Source: Candidatus Microgenomates bacterium
Lineage (GTDB): Bacteria > Patescibacteriota > Microgenomatia > UBA8517 > JACQJR01
Assembly (NCBI GenBank): GCA_016204995.1
Contig: JACQJR010000001.1
Location: forward strand, 305,132-369,131
DNA length: 64,000 nucleotides
Direction of reading: 5' to 3'
Each line of letters begins with the position of its first letter. The first letter of the stretch is position 1. The translations under genes were made by a program, and so were the position numbers. Of the stretch, positions 10,178-20,060 are shown piece by piece. A model generated the notes under the pieces. The model was not told where the DNA came from and ran no database searches. It saw only the letters and a program-made list of their open reading frames with translations.

Positions 10178-11657
10178 TTTTAGGTCTTAATGTTGGAAAA
10201 AGTATAACATCTTTTAAAGTGGCTTGATCAGTCAGTAAGGCTACAAAACGGTCAATGCCCATCCCCCAACCGGCTGTCGGCGGCATCCCGTATTCCAGGG
10301 CGCGAATATAATCAGCGTCAAAGGCTTCGTGATCACTTTTTTTCCGTTTCTCTGACTCCTGCCAACGTTTAGCTTGATCCACTGGATCATTTAACTCATT
10401 ATAAGCATTAACTACTTCAAGTCCTGCTACTAATAATTGAAACGAGGCAGTTTTGGCTGGATCATCCGGCTTTCTTTTGGCAAGAGAAACAAAGGCTGTC
10501 GGCCGGTCAATTAAAAAAATAGGCCCCACTAATTTTGGCCTAGTAGTCGCTTTATAAAGCGCGTCTAAAACATTACCAAAACCTGCCTGCCTTGCCTGCG
10601 CAAGCAGGGCAGGCAGGCCTGTCTCATTTTTTAAATCTAGCTTGATATTTTTCTGCTTTATTGCGGTTTTTAGTTTAGCTTCAGTATCAGCTAAATTAAT
10701 ATCAATACCAGTCTCTGCCAGTAAGGCGTCGCGGTAAGTAACGCGTGGCCAGGGCGGGGTGAAATCCAAACTTTGCCCTTGATAAATCAATTTTAACTTG
10801 CCGCAGGCTGTTTCAATAATAGTAGTAATCAATTTTTCCGTAAAATCCATTAATCCTTCATAGTTTTGGTAAGCCCAATAAAACTCCACCATGGTAAATT
10901 CGGGATTATGTGATTTATCAATCCCTTCATTGCGAAAGTTATGTCCAATTTCATAAACTTTTTCAAAGCCTCCCACAATCAATCTTTTTAGATAAAGTTC
11001 ATCGCTGATTCTTAAATAAAAATCGCTGTCCAGGGCATTATGATGAGTAGTAAAAGGTTTAGCCACTGCTCCACCGTAGAGCGGTTGCAAAATCGGTGTT
11101 TCCACTTCCATAAATCCGGCTTTGTCTAAAAATTCCCGCAAAGATTTGATAATTCTACTCCTCGTTAAAGCTACCTCTTTCACCTGGGGATTAAGCAGTA
11201 AATCAGCATAACGCTGGCGGTAGCGCTCTTCCACATCGCGAAAGCCGGACCAGGAAGAAGGTAGTGGCCGTAGAGCTTTAGCAAGTAAAATTAAATGTGT
11301 GGCCTGGACTGTAATTTCGCCGCTATTAGTTTTAATGACCGATCCTTGGACGTTAATAAAATCGCCGCTGTCCAAGAGTTGAGCTAGAGAAAACTCTTTT
11401 GGCGATAATTTGTTGCGAACGAGTAAAACTTGAATATCACCTAGTTCATCATGGACATCAGCAAAAATTGCGCCACCATGAGAACGGATCGCCCAAATTC
11501 TACCAACAATAGCTACTTTTTTGCCAAATGACGCCAGCGCTTGAGAAATTGTCTGTTTACGTACTGTATTGGCCGGATAAATCTCCACACCCAGTTTGCG
11601 CAAAGCCCCCAGCTTTTCTAAACGATTTTCCTTAATATGAGATAAACGGCCAGCCAT
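10161..11657 (-). CDS. lysS: Lysine--tRNA ligase, class II (with a 12-aa palindrome-derived insertion)
   Basis: YRQRYADL, FRNEGIDKSHNPEFT, YGMPPTAGWGMGIDR. Confidence 0.98.
   Translation of the reverse strand: MAGRLSHIKENRLEKLGALRKLGVEIYPANTVRKQTISQALASFGKKVAIVGRIWAIRSHGGAIFADVHDELGDIQVLLVRNKLSPKEFSLAQLLDSGDFINVQGSVIKTNSGEITVQATHLILLAKALRPLPSSWSGFRDVEERYRQRYADLLLNPQVKEVALTRSRIIKSLREFLDKAGFMEVETPILQPLYGGAVAKPFTTHHNALDSDFYLRISDELYLKRLIVGGFEKVYEIGHNFRNEGIDKSHNPEFTMVEFYWAYQNYEGLMDFTEKLITTIIETACGKLKLIYQGQSLDFTPPWPRVTYRDALLAETGIDINLADTEAKLKTAIKQKNIKLDLKNETGLPALLAQARQAGFGNVLDALYKATTRPKLVGPIFLIDRPTAFVSLAKRKPDDPAKTASFQLLVAGLEVVNAYNELNDPVDQAKRWQESEKRKKSDHEAFDADYIRALEYGMPPTAGWGMGIDRFVALLTDQATLKDVILFPTLRPKNDNQG
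10582..10617. repeat. 36-bp nested palindromic element inserted in frame in lysS
   Basis: CCTGCCTGC + CTTGCCTGCGCAAGCAGG + GCAGGCAGG. Confidence 0.95.
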
Positions 11658-11687
11658 TAACCTAAGTATACCAAAACCCAGATGAAG

Positions 11688-12146
11688 TTACTCAATAGAG
11701 AGGACTTTATAGACAATTTTGCCAGCTGGAGCATTAACTTCTACCGCATCTCCCACTTTTTTACCCAATAACATTTTACCTAGGGGCGATTCATGGGAAA
11801 TCTTTTTTTCTTTGGGATCGGCCTCCCATTCGCCGACGATATGAAAAATATGCTTGGCGCCATTAGTGGTGACTGTCACCCTTGAACCTAAACTGACTGC
11901 TGATTTATTACCGTTCGTAATTAATATAGCAGAAGAGATAATTTCTGCCAGTTCTGCTAGGCGATTATCCATAAATTCCAGCTCTTCCTTGGCGGACAAG
12001 TAATCACTGTTTTCCGACAAATCACCGGCATTTCTGGCATCAGTCAACCGCTCTACCAGTCGCGGCCGCTTATTATTAAGTTGCTGATATTCCGACTTTA
12101 AGTCAGCCAAACCTCCTTGGGTAATATGAGATTTATTATTAATCAT
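11688..12146 (-). CDS. greA: Transcription elongation factor GreA
   Basis: GDLSENSDY, ISHESPLG, APAG. Confidence 0.97.
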   Translation of the reverse strand: MINNKSHITQGGLADLKSEYQQLNNKRPRLVERLTDARNAGDLSENSDYLSAKEELEFMDNRLAELAEIISSAILITNGNKSAVSLGSRVTVTTNGAKHIFHIVGEWEADPKEKKISHESPLGKMLLGKKVGDAVEVNAPAGKIVYKVLSIE

Positions 12147-12151
12147 AATTA

Positions 12152-12227
12152 TGGTGGCGCCATGGGGATTCGAACCCCGGTTTCGTGGATGAGAACCACG
12201 TGTCCTGGTCCACTAGACGATAGCGCC
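12152..12227 (-). tRNA. tRNA-Glu (anticodon CUC), CCA encoded
   Basis: Minus strand GGCGCTA..CGTGG-TTCTCAT-CCACG..GGTTCGAATCC..TGGCGCCACCA cloverleaf. Confidence 0.95.
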
Positions 12228-12290
12228 TTATTAAGAATTAAGTATACTACTACCACCAAATTTTAGCAATGAAGTAGGTTACATTAGGGG

Positions 12291-14708
12291 CTAGGAAACA
12301 GCCAGATATTGAGGTTCTCTGGAAGGCTGCTGAACCGCAGGCCTAATAATTGGTTTTTTCAAGGCTACTTTTAACACCTCATCAACGTTACTTGCAAAAA
12401 CAAATTTAACTTCTTTTTGGACTTTATCCGGCACATCTTCCAAGTCTTTCTTATTGTCGCGAGGTATGATAATGGTCTTAAGCCCTGCTGAATGGGCGGC
12501 AATTACCTTTTCCTTAACTCCGCCAATTTCCAACACCCGACCCCGCAGAGTTACTTCACCCGTCATGCCTACATCGCGCCGAACCGGAATTTTGGTCAAA
12601 GCCGAAACTAAAGCAGTGGTAATAGCGGTGCCAGCTGAAGGACCATCTTTAGGCACTGCCCCTTCCGGCACATGGATATGAACATCTAAATTCTGGGCAA
12701 AATCCTCTCGTACGCCTAAAAACTGCCAGTGACTTCTGGCGTAGGAAAAAGCGGCCTTGGCCGACTCCTGCATGACCTCGCCTAATTGTCCGGTCAAAGT
12801 TAATTTACCTTTACCCGGCATCAAAGCTACTTCCACAAATAAAATTTCGCCGCCGGTAGGGGTAACAGCCAAACCGGTAGACATTCCAACTTCATCCTGT
12901 CGTTCGGCCAGGAGCGAACTAAATCTTTGCGGCCCCAGGAATTTCCGTACATGGCTTAGGTCAATGTTACTGACACTATTCTTGCCTTCAGCTACTTTTC
13001 GGGCAATTTTGCGCAAAATGGTGGCAAAATTTCTTTCCAGACTTCTTACTCCCGCCTCTCTAGTATAACGACTGATGATCTCACGGATGGCCGCGGGGGA
13101 CACTTGAATTTTTTCCGATAAACCATGGACGTCCAGCTGTTTGGGCCACAAAAAAGTTTTGGCAATATGGTATTTTTCTTCTTCGGTATAACCGGGGAAA
13201 CGAATAATCTCTAAACGATCACGCAGAGCATAAGGAATAGTGTCAATCACGTTGCCGGTGCAGATAAACATGACGTGTGAAAGATCAAATGGCACTTCCA
13301 GATAATGATCGGAAAATTCTTTATTTTGTTCCGGATCTAATGCCTCAAGTAGCGCCGCTGAAGGATCACCCCGAAAATCTGCCCCGATTTTATCAATTTC
13401 ATCCAGCATAAAAACCGGATTGCGGGTTGCGGCGTTTTTCATACCTTGAATAATCCGGCCGGGCAGGGCGCCCACATAAGTTCTACGATGACCGCGAATT
13501 TCTGCCTCATCCCGGACGCCTCCCAAAGATACCCGGACAAATTTGCGACCCAAGGCCCGGGCAATGGACTTACCAATGGAAGTTTTGCCTACTCCGGGTG
13601 GTCCGATAAAACACAAAATAGTGGGACTGACTACTTCTTTACCGTTTTTCTTACCATTTTTATTACTTTGCTTAATTTTCATTACGGCTAAAAATTCCAA
13701 AATTCGCTCCTTGACCTTTTCCAAGCCAAAATGGTCTTCTTCTAAAATCTTAGCTGCATGATCAATCGCCACATTATTAGGCGAAGAGACTGACCAGGGC
13801 ATGCTAATTAACCAATCCAGATAATTTCGTAAATATCCGCCTTCCGGATTTTGGGGCGACATTTGGGCCAGCCTTTCCAGTTCTTTCTCCGCCTTTTCCT
13901 CTACCTCTTTCGGCATACCCGCCTCTTTAATTTTCCTCTTCAGTTCGGAAATCTCATCATCGCCTCCCTCTTCGCCTAATTCTTCGCGAATAGTATGCAT
14001 CCGCTCGCGCAGCATGGCTTTGCGCATTTGCTCTTCAAAACGACGCTGGGTTTTAGTGGCAATAGAACGCTCCAGCTCCAGTACATTAACTTCATGGGAT
14101 AAATAATTATGGGCCCGGTGAGCCAAATCTGACAAATCATTAATTTCCAACATTGCTTGCTTTTCCGTAGTTTTAATATCAAGGAGAGAGACAATTTGAT
14201 TAACCGCTTCCAGGGAACTCGTCATGTTGCCGGCTACCAAACGCATCACCATTTGGGTAGGCTCAAGTGGTTTACCTAAGTTAATCGCTTTTTTGAATAG
14301 TTCAATAATTTGATTAACTAAAGCTTTTTCCTCGTCGGTATCGGCTACTTCCATGGGGACTTCTTCCACTTGGGCTAAAAAGAAGGGATCCTCCTGCACA
14401 ATAGAATTAAGTCTGATCTTAGCCACCCCGGTGACTAAGACGTGAATTTCAAATTCAGTGGGCATAAACTCTTTCACTGTCACTAGCGTTCCCGTGTCAT
14501 ATAAATCATTTTTGGCGGGAAGAGCTATTCTGGCGTCCTTTTGGGTAAAAACTGCCAGCAATCTATCAGTTTGGAAAGCTGACTCTACCGCGCTTTTGGA
14601 GCGAGGACGACCAAAACTTAAAAATGTTTCGGTAAAAGGGAAAGCGACTGATCCGCGAAGAGCCACTAAGGGAACCGTGCGGATAATCTTTTTATTGGGA
14701 ATAATCAT
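12291..14708 (-). CDS. lon: ATP-dependent protease La
   Basis: GPPGVGKT, LDEIDK, PKDGPSAG, GGVKEK. Confidence 0.99.
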   Translation of the reverse strand: MIIPNKKIIRTVPLVALRGSVAFPFTETFLSFGRPRSKSAVESAFQTDRLLAVFTQKDARIALPAKNDLYDTGTLVTVKEFMPTEFEIHVLVTGVAKIRLNSIVQEDPFFLAQVEEVPMEVADTDEEKALVNQIIELFKKAINLGKPLEPTQMVMRLVAGNMTSSLEAVNQIVSLLDIKTTEKQAMLEINDLSDLAHRAHNYLSHEVNVLELERSIATKTQRRFEEQMRKAMLRERMHTIREELGEEGGDDEISELKRKIKEAGMPKEVEEKAEKELERLAQMSPQNPEGGYLRNYLDWLISMPWSVSSPNNVAIDHAAKILEEDHFGLEKVKERILEFLAVMKIKQSNKNGKKNGKEVVSPTILCFIGPPGVGKTSIGKSIARALGRKFVRVSLGGVRDEAEIRGHRRTYVGALPGRIIQGMKNAATRNPVFMLDEIDKIGADFRGDPSAALLEALDPEQNKEFSDHYLEVPFDLSHVMFICTGNVIDTIPYALRDRLEIIRFPGYTEEEKYHIAKTFLWPKQLDVHGLSEKIQVSPAAIREIISRYTREAGVRSLERNFATILRKIARKVAEGKNSVSNIDLSHVRKFLGPQRFSSLLAERQDEVGMSTGLAVTPTGGEILFVEVALMPGKGKLTLTGQLGEVMQESAKAAFSYARSHWQFLGVREDFAQNLDVHIHVPEGAVPKDGPSAGTAITTALVSALTKIPVRRDVGMTGEVTLRGRVLEIGGVKEKVIAAHSAGLKTIIIPRDNKKDLEDVPDKVQKEVKFVFASNVDEVLKVALKKPIIRPAVQQPSREPQYLAVS

Positions 14709-14714
14709 ATTAGC

Positions 14715-14743
14715 AATCTACCATCTTATCTGCTAATTGTCAA
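14715..14743 (-). promoter_or_regulatory. Sigma70-type promoter of lon, probably leaderless
   Basis: TTGACA-17 nt-TAGATT, then 6 nt to the ATG. Confidence 0.7.
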
Positions 14744-14817
14744 GGCCCAATCATGTAAACTGGTTGGACCAAGGGGCAACTAGACCGAGTGCTAAGATGC
14801 GGCGGGAAGCCCCTCCT

Positions 14818-15498
14818 TTACTCATGAATCACTATACGCGTACCCGGATTATCAGAAGCGGCGGCGATTGACTTTTTACCTTCCGGCAAAACCGGACTGA
14901 CCCAATAATAAAGCTGCTCGGCAATCGGTGTGGGTAAATTGACACAACCATGACTTCGGCGGTTGCCAAAATCACTATGCCAGTAGGTTCCATGAAGACT
15001 AAAACCTTTGCGGCCAGGCAGCCAATCATTTTGGAAAAACATCACATAAGGCACGTTGGGTAAATAATAGTAATGTTTGCCTTCGCCTCCCTCCATTTTG
15101 GTAGCCCGCAGCTTAGTCCAAATTCTAAACTCGCCGGTCGGAGTAGGTGTTCCCGGCAAACCAGTGGATACTAAACTTTCTAAAAACAGATTATTCCCAT
15201 CCCAAGCACGTATCTTTTGCTCTGATAAATCTACTTCAATCCATTTAGAATCTGACTCTTCCCCCAAAACCTGATTCCAAGATTTGCGAGAGACCACTTC
15301 TATCAAAATTGGCACAGGAAGACTTTGACCATGAAAGTAAGCAGTTTTAGCACTAGCGTCTATTTCGCCGTTTGACTCTAACCCGGTTAACTTAAAATCA
15401 TTACCCAGTTCTTTTTGGGCCGGCAATGAAATTACTAGCAATGCTCCCAAAAGGGCACTGGTAGCCGCCAGCATTAGGAAAAATGGATTATTTTTCAT
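14818..15498 (-). CDS. L,D-transpeptidase (YkuD family); start uncertain
   Basis: IEVDLSEQ, VSTG..TPTG, LHGTYWH..SHGCVNL. Confidence 0.92.
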   Translation of the reverse strand: MKNNPFFLMLAATSALLGALLVISLPAQKELGNDFKLTGLESNGEIDASAKTAYFHGQSLPVPILIEVVSRKSWNQVLGEESDSKWIEVDLSEQKIRAWDGNNLFLESLVSTGLPGTPTPTGEFRIWTKLRATKMEGGEGKHYYYLPNVPYVMFFQNDWLPGRKGFSLHGTYWHSDFGNRRSHGCVNLPTPIAEQLYYWVSPVLPEGKKSIAAASDNPGTRIVIHE

Positions 15499-15523
15499 AC
15501 CAGCTGTCAATACAAAACACGCA

Positions 15524-15577
15524 AAATCGCAGAAGTGTTAGGCAAATTTTGCATTCGGCCAATTTCTTCTGCGATTT
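15524..15577 (-). terminator. Long hairpin downstream of the DUF378 gene, probable terminator
   Basis: 12-bp perfect arms AAATCGCAGAAG/CTTCTGCGATTT followed by T-rich sequence on the minus strand. Confidence 0.6.
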
Positions 15578-15581
15578 ATAC

Positions 15582-15776
15582 TCACTTTTTCTTCCCAGAC
15601 AGCTCAAATAACTGATAAGCTGCAGCCAAACCGATTATCACATTGATCACAGTCATTACTGATGCTCCTAAACCTCCAAAAATGGCCAGGAGAAAATTAA
15701 CGTTTAGCGCTGTTGTTCCTAAATTCAAAGCTCCTAGAATTACCAACCACCAAGTTAACTGTTTTAAATTGCTCAT
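15582..15776 (-). CDS. DUF378-family small membrane protein
   Basis: WWLVILGALNLG..IIGLAAAY; strong SD GGAGGTGA upstream of the ATG at 15776. Confidence 0.8.
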   Translation of the reverse strand: MSNLKQLTWWLVILGALNLGTTALNVNFLLAIFGGLGASVMTVINVIIGLAAAYQLFELSGKKK

Positions 15777-15928
15777 CTTTTCCCTCACCTCCCTTCATCT
15801 ATATTTTAGTATGAAATAGCTAAAAATCAAAATGCAAGAGGGAAATTGTTATATGACTATTCTTTTGTTATTATAAATAATATAGTCATGCACGAGCACT
15901 TTAAAATTTATGAATTCAATTAAGGCGA

Positions 15929-16765
15929 TTATATGCTATTAACGAAGCTTTTAAATGAATTCGCGAGCCTTCTTGTTATAGGACCCACCTTTCCATCGCC
16001 AACTATTTGATCATTGATTTTAACTACCGGCATAATCTCTTTGGTGGTAGAAGTAATGATGGCCTCTTGAAATTGACTGATGTCGCGAACATAAAGGGGT
16101 TTTTCCTCCATTTTGATTCCTTCGCTAGCGGCCAGTTTAATTATCACCTCTCGGGTCACACCCAATAATATTTCGCTGACTGGTGGGGTGATTAAAGAAT
16201 CGCCCACTACCGCCAAGAAATTACTGGTAGTACCCTCATTAATCCGACCCTGCTCATCTACATATAAGGCTTCCACTGCCCCCTCTCCATGCGCCTGGCG
16301 GGTAGCCACTACCGCCGCCAGATAATTTAAAGATTTAGAAGCAGGTAAAAATCTTTTACTGGAGAAGGTGATTACCTTAACTCCTTCCGTGTAACATTCA
16401 CCGGGATAAGTGGTCAATGGATGGAAGATCATGATCAAACTGGGTTTGCCCGGAGTGATAAAATCAGAACTGACTCCGCCGGTCGCCACAATTCTAACTT
16501 CCAAATCCTGTCCGTTCTGATTTTTTTCTATACCGATTTTGACTAATTCTTTGATTTGGTTTCTATCCCAAGGTGCATCCAGCCCGATAGCTTTAGCTGA
16601 ATCAAAAAGGCGATCAACATGAGTATCCAGCTCAAAAGGAACATGATGATAAGTTCTTAAAAAATCAAAAACTCCGAAGCCCCGCAGAACTGATAAATCA
16701 AAAGCGGAAATTTTTAAATCCTGTTCATCTACCCATTGCCCGTCCAAAAAATGCGTGCTCCCCAC
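15929..16765 (-). CDS. Class IV PLP aminotransferase (IlvE/Dat/PabC family)
   Basis: RGFGVFD, KSLNYL, EGTTSN, ILLGVTR. Confidence 0.93.
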   Translation of the reverse strand: MGSTHFLDGQWVDEQDLKISAFDLSVLRGFGVFDFLRTYHHVPFELDTHVDRLFDSAKAIGLDAPWDRNQIKELVKIGIEKNQNGQDLEVRIVATGGVSSDFITPGKPSLIMIFHPLTTYPGECYTEGVKVITFSSKRFLPASKSLNYLAAVVATRQAHGEGAVEALYVDEQGRINEGTTSNFLAVVGDSLITPPVSEILLGVTREVIIKLAASEGIKMEEKPLYVRDISQFQEAIITSTTKEIMPVVKINDQIVGDGKVGPITRRLANSFKSFVNSI

Positions 16766-16778
16766 GAAAATTAGTATA

Positions 16779-17558
16779 TCACTTTCTGCCGATGTAGGCT
16801 ACATAAAGAGAAAACGTGATAAATTTGGTAAAGATCTTGTCAAGAGGCTTAATCATAGCTAACATCCAGCTAGTCAATTTTTCGCTTAATAAACCAGTTA
16901 TAATTAATCCCGGTAAAAATAATGTGCCAAAGGGCAGACCCCGTAGTTGACCGACGCTGCTGCCGCTGGATTTGATTAGTTTAGATAAATATCTTGGTTC
17001 AAAACTGACTGCTGAAATCTCCCGATGTTTTTGTCCCCTTATTTTGCCTACCAAACCGCCCGCTGTCACCCAAGCATAGCCTAGTGGATTTCTCTCAATG
17101 AAAATAAATTTGCCATCTGTTTTCAGTACCCGAAAAATCTCCTGCATCACTTTTTTCTGATCAGACTTGTCTACCACATACATTAACGTTGCCATCATCA
17201 CCACCACATCAAAGGAATTATTTTTAAAGGGAAGCTTCCTAATATCAACCTTAAGGGCGCGGCCTCTCGGTCTTAAGTCCTGATTGTAAAGTTTAATGTA
17301 ATTAGGCGAAATATCTACCCCAACTGTTTCAGCTTTGGGAAAGGCTTTTAACAACTGACGAGACAACCTACCATAACCGCAACCCAAATCCAGAATTTTA
17401 ATCTTTTTGGCGGGGTTAATTACACCGGCTGCCTGCTCAAACATCCATTGATCTAAATATAAATTAACTATCCGGGGAAAGGATTTAGGCAAAACTCCCT
17501 CAATTCTCCGGCCGTATTTTTGGCTTCGTTCTTCCCAAGCTTGCTCTAAACTATTCAT
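16779..17558 (-). CDS. Class I SAM-dependent methyltransferase
   Basis: ILDLGCGYG, LPFKNNSFDVV. Confidence 0.9.
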   Translation of the reverse strand: MNSLEQAWEERSQKYGRRIEGVLPKSFPRIVNLYLDQWMFEQAAGVINPAKKIKILDLGCGYGRLSRQLLKAFPKAETVGVDISPNYIKLYNQDLRPRGRALKVDIRKLPFKNNSFDVVVMMATLMYVVDKSDQKKVMQEIFRVLKTDGKFIFIERNPLGYAWVTAGGLVGKIRGQKHREISAVSFEPRYLSKLIKSSGSSVGQLRGLPFGTLFLPGLIITGLLSEKLTSWMLAMIKPLDKIFTKFITFSLYVAYIGRK

Positions 17559-17617
17559 GGAAATGTCTAAGAGATTATAGCAGACTATCTATCCACAAGG
17601 GATATATTTAAGATTAG

Positions 17618-17651
17618 ACCTACGAGGTCGCGAGGCTAACACCTCGTAGGT
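17618..17651. repeat. Inverted repeat with perfect 11-bp arms (REP-like)
   Basis: ACCTACGAGGT-12 nt-ACCTCGTAGGT. Confidence 0.75.
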
Positions 17652-17726
17652 TGGATTATAGGTTGGATTAAACTAAATTTATCTTTTTTAATTTAGGCTT
17701 CAATTATGGTAAAATTCAAGATGTAT

Positions 17727-17797
17727 TGCGGGATCATCTAATGGCAGGATACGTGGCTCTGAACCACGGCATCTAGGTTCGAATCCTAGTCCCGCAG
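17727..17797 (+). tRNA. tRNA-Gln (anticodon CUG), CCA not encoded
   Basis: TGCGGGA..CGTGG-CTCTGAA-CCACG..GGTTCGAATCC..TCCCGCAG cloverleaf. Confidence 0.95.
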
Positions 17798-17851
17798 CTT
17801 TTTGGATTATGAGTACTATACTTTGTTAGAGCTATTTGATATTTTCTATTT

Positions 17852-18514
17852 ATGAAGAAAATTGTAATGGAATACAACGACTTTCTTTCTGTAAAATATG
17901 ATGAAGTAACCAGAGGTGAATTTAAATGGTTAGCTCCACACTTACTCGAAAAACACATAAAACCCTATTTGAAACCTAAAATTAATGTATTGGATATTGG
18001 TGTTGGTACGGGACAAACTTCAGAAATATTCGTTAATAGTGATACAAATGTTTCATGTATCGATATATCTGGGGATATGTTGTCAGTAGCTAAATCAAAA
18101 TATCCGTACAAAGAGCTTATTCAATATGATGTTGAGGACGGATTATTAAAGTTATTTCCAGAGGAAAAATTCGATATTATTGTGGCGGTAGGTATTTTGG
18201 AGTTTATAAAAGATATTAAAAAAACGTTAAGTGAACTAAAACAATTATTGAAAAACAATGGAGTAATCGCTTTTACTTATGAAATATTTAAACCAGATAA
18301 TAAATATGGAATAGAAAAAGAATCACCTCTAGGAGCCGGTTCCCAAAATATTCCAGAACTTTTAAGCTTTATGGTTTATCGTAGACTTTCTTCAGAAGTT
18401 GATTTAATAATAAAAGAACTTGGTTTAACTATTAAAAGTAGAAAGGTGTTTACTGGTTACTTAAGGTCTCAATTAAAAATTCCCGTTCCCTATGAAATAT
18501 TAGTTGTAAGCTGA
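17852..18514 (+). CDS. Class I SAM-dependent methyltransferase (AT-rich, downstream of a tRNA)
   Basis: VLDIGVGTG, FDIIVAVGILEF. Confidence 0.88.
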   Translation: MKKIVMEYNDFLSVKYDEVTRGEFKWLAPHLLEKHIKPYLKPKINVLDIGVGTGQTSEIFVNSDTNVSCIDISGDMLSVAKSKYPYKELIQYDVEDGLLKLFPEEKFDIIVAVGILEFIKDIKKTLSELKQLLKNNGVIAFTYEIFKPDNKYGIEKESPLGAGSQNIPELLSFMVYRRLSSEVDLIIKELGLTIKSRKVFTGYLRSQLKIPVPYEILVVS

Positions 18515-18583
18515 ATAAAAAGTTCCTACATAGTCAACCAGAGCCAGCTCTTCGATTGCGCTCAAGGTCATGACCAATAACGC

Positions 18584-19006
18584 TTAACTAATGTTTCTTG
18601 TAAAACGCCACACGGACTTCTGAATAAACTGTTTAATCTCCCGATCCGTTCTCCATTCGTTCACCACCACTACAATAACTTTTTTACCTGCTTCCCATCT
18701 TTCCCGCCGAAAATCCTGCGCCGCCAGAAAACTGCTTTTGACTTGAAAAGGGATTGACAGTTCATCCACTATTTGATCATTTGAAACCAGCTGAATTACT
18801 CCAAAGAAATCAATGCCTTCCAATAGATTTTGTTTTTTAGAAGCTCTTCTGAAGCGGCAGAACAAACCTTCATCAACTAATTCCCGGAATAAAACCAGAG
18901 CCCGCTGTTCGTTTATTCTACCCCTTTCGGGGCCGCCCTCTGATCTACGACTTAATTTCTGTAAAAGGTAGTAACCCTGAATTCTGCCTTGGCCCTCTTT
19001 ATACAT
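18584..19006 (-). CDS. Hypothetical protein, possible PD-(D/E)XK nuclease fold
   Basis: G..NE..GIDFF..PFQVKSS spacing. Confidence 0.5.
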   Translation of the reverse strand: MYKEGQGRIQGYYLLQKLSRRSEGGPERGRINEQRALVLFRELVDEGLFCRFRRASKKQNLLEGIDFFGVIQLVSNDQIVDELSIPFQVKSSFLAAQDFRRERWEAGKKVIVVVVNEWRTDREIKQFIQKSVWRFTRNIS

Positions 19007-19026
19007 ACTGCTATACTAATTATAAT

Positions 19027-19161
19027 ATGATCGTCAAAAGAAAAGCTGGTTATTTTGTCATTTCCAAAAAGACGAAGCGCAATTTAGGCGGACCTTATCC
19101 GAATCGCGAGCAAGCCTTAAAACGTCTACGTCAGGTAGAATTTTTTAAACACAATAAATAA
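19027..19161 (+). CDS. Small basic protein, 44 aa (not in the ORF track)
   Basis: MIVKRKAGYFVISKKTKRNLGGPYPNREQALKRLRQVEFFKHNK; stop 1 nt before the next ATG. Confidence 0.75.
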   Translation: MIVKRKAGYFVISKKTKRNLGGPYPNREQALKRLRQVEFFKHNK

Positions 19162-19162
19162 T

Positions 19163-19696
19163 ATGATCTTACAGCTGTCATTATTAGCTGCTTTGTTAAC
19201 TTTCTTTTTCGGCTTTGGGGCCGGAGCTTTAATCCACTGGTATTTAATTCATATCAAGCATTCTTTAGTAAAAGAACTTCGCGGTTCGTTGACTTTTGTC
19301 TCCTCCATAATCGGCGATGGTATTTTACTGCCGATTATTAATGCTATCTGTGTAGCCTTTTTACTGCACAATTTCTACCTGGTTAGTCAACCAATTATTT
19401 CCTGGTCCTTAATAATTTCCCTGACTATCACTCTTGGCTTTCATATTTTCCAAGCCAAGCGCGGTTTAGTTAACTGGACTATGCCAAAGGCGTGGCAGTG
19501 GAACATTTTAGGATTATTTCATGCCATTTATATGTTTACCGTTATAACACTTCTTGCCCTTTTCTATCTCACCGTCCGTCAATTTAGTAGCACTCAAAGT
19601 TTCCCCACCGAATCAATTTTGGTAACAGGCGGAGTAGTTTTATTTATAATTCTACTGAAGCTAGATTACCGCGAAGTAAAAATTTTTTCTAACTAA
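19163..19696 (+). CDS. Integral membrane hypothetical protein
   Basis: About five hydrophobic segments. Confidence 0.7.
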   Translation: MILQLSLLAALLTFFFGFGAGALIHWYLIHIKHSLVKELRGSLTFVSSIIGDGILLPIINAICVAFLLHNFYLVSQPIISWSLIISLTITLGFHIFQAKRGLVNWTMPKAWQWNILGLFHAIYMFTVITLLALFYLTVRQFSSTQSFPTESILVTGGVVLFIILLKLDYREVKIFSN

Positions 19697-20060
19697 AATA
19701 GACTGGAATAAGATTATTAATTTCGCTATAGCTTTTTTTAAGAGTCTCCGGTGAAATAGGGAAATCGGATATTTTTTCTTCATCTCTAAGATAGTCAAAC
19801 AAGGAGTGGGCTTTTGCCTTCAAATCTTCATCTCTAGTTTCTAGAATATCTAAATAAGTGACCATAATAACATGATCAAATAAAGCACGCATTACATCCA
19901 AAGCCACTTTTAATTTAAAATTACGTTCCATGTGATCTTTTTCTTCGCGGATAATAATGCCTAATGCTTTTCTATGGCGGACCGATCTCACCAATAGATT
20001 ATCCAGCGTCATCATCCTGCCAACGCTCGCCTCTATCGCCATGCCTTTTTCCTGTTGCAT
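19689..20060 (-). CDS. Hypothetical protein (start likely 20060 rather than 20186)
   Basis: TAGAAT 10 nt upstream of the ATG at 20060. Confidence 0.5.
   Translation of the reverse strand: MQQEKGMAIEASVGRMMTLDNLLVRSVRHRKALGIIIREEKDHMERNFKLKVALDVMRALFDHVIMVTYLDILETRDEDLKAKAHSLFDYLRDEEKISDFPISPETLKKSYSEINNLIPVYFS

Noticed and set aside
13638-13661. Imperfect 12-bp duplication in lon (KNGK KNGK)
   Set aside because: It is a single local in-frame duplication, unrelated to the dispersed families.
17773-17958. 61-aa minus-strand ORF
   Set aside because: It is antisense to tRNA-Gln and the methyltransferase.
18584-19006. Small PD-(D/E)XK-like ORF as part of a restriction or defence system with the nearby methyltransferases
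   Set aside because: The methyltransferases look like small-molecule class I enzymes with no DPPY/NPPY or PC motif, and the nuclease call itself is weak.
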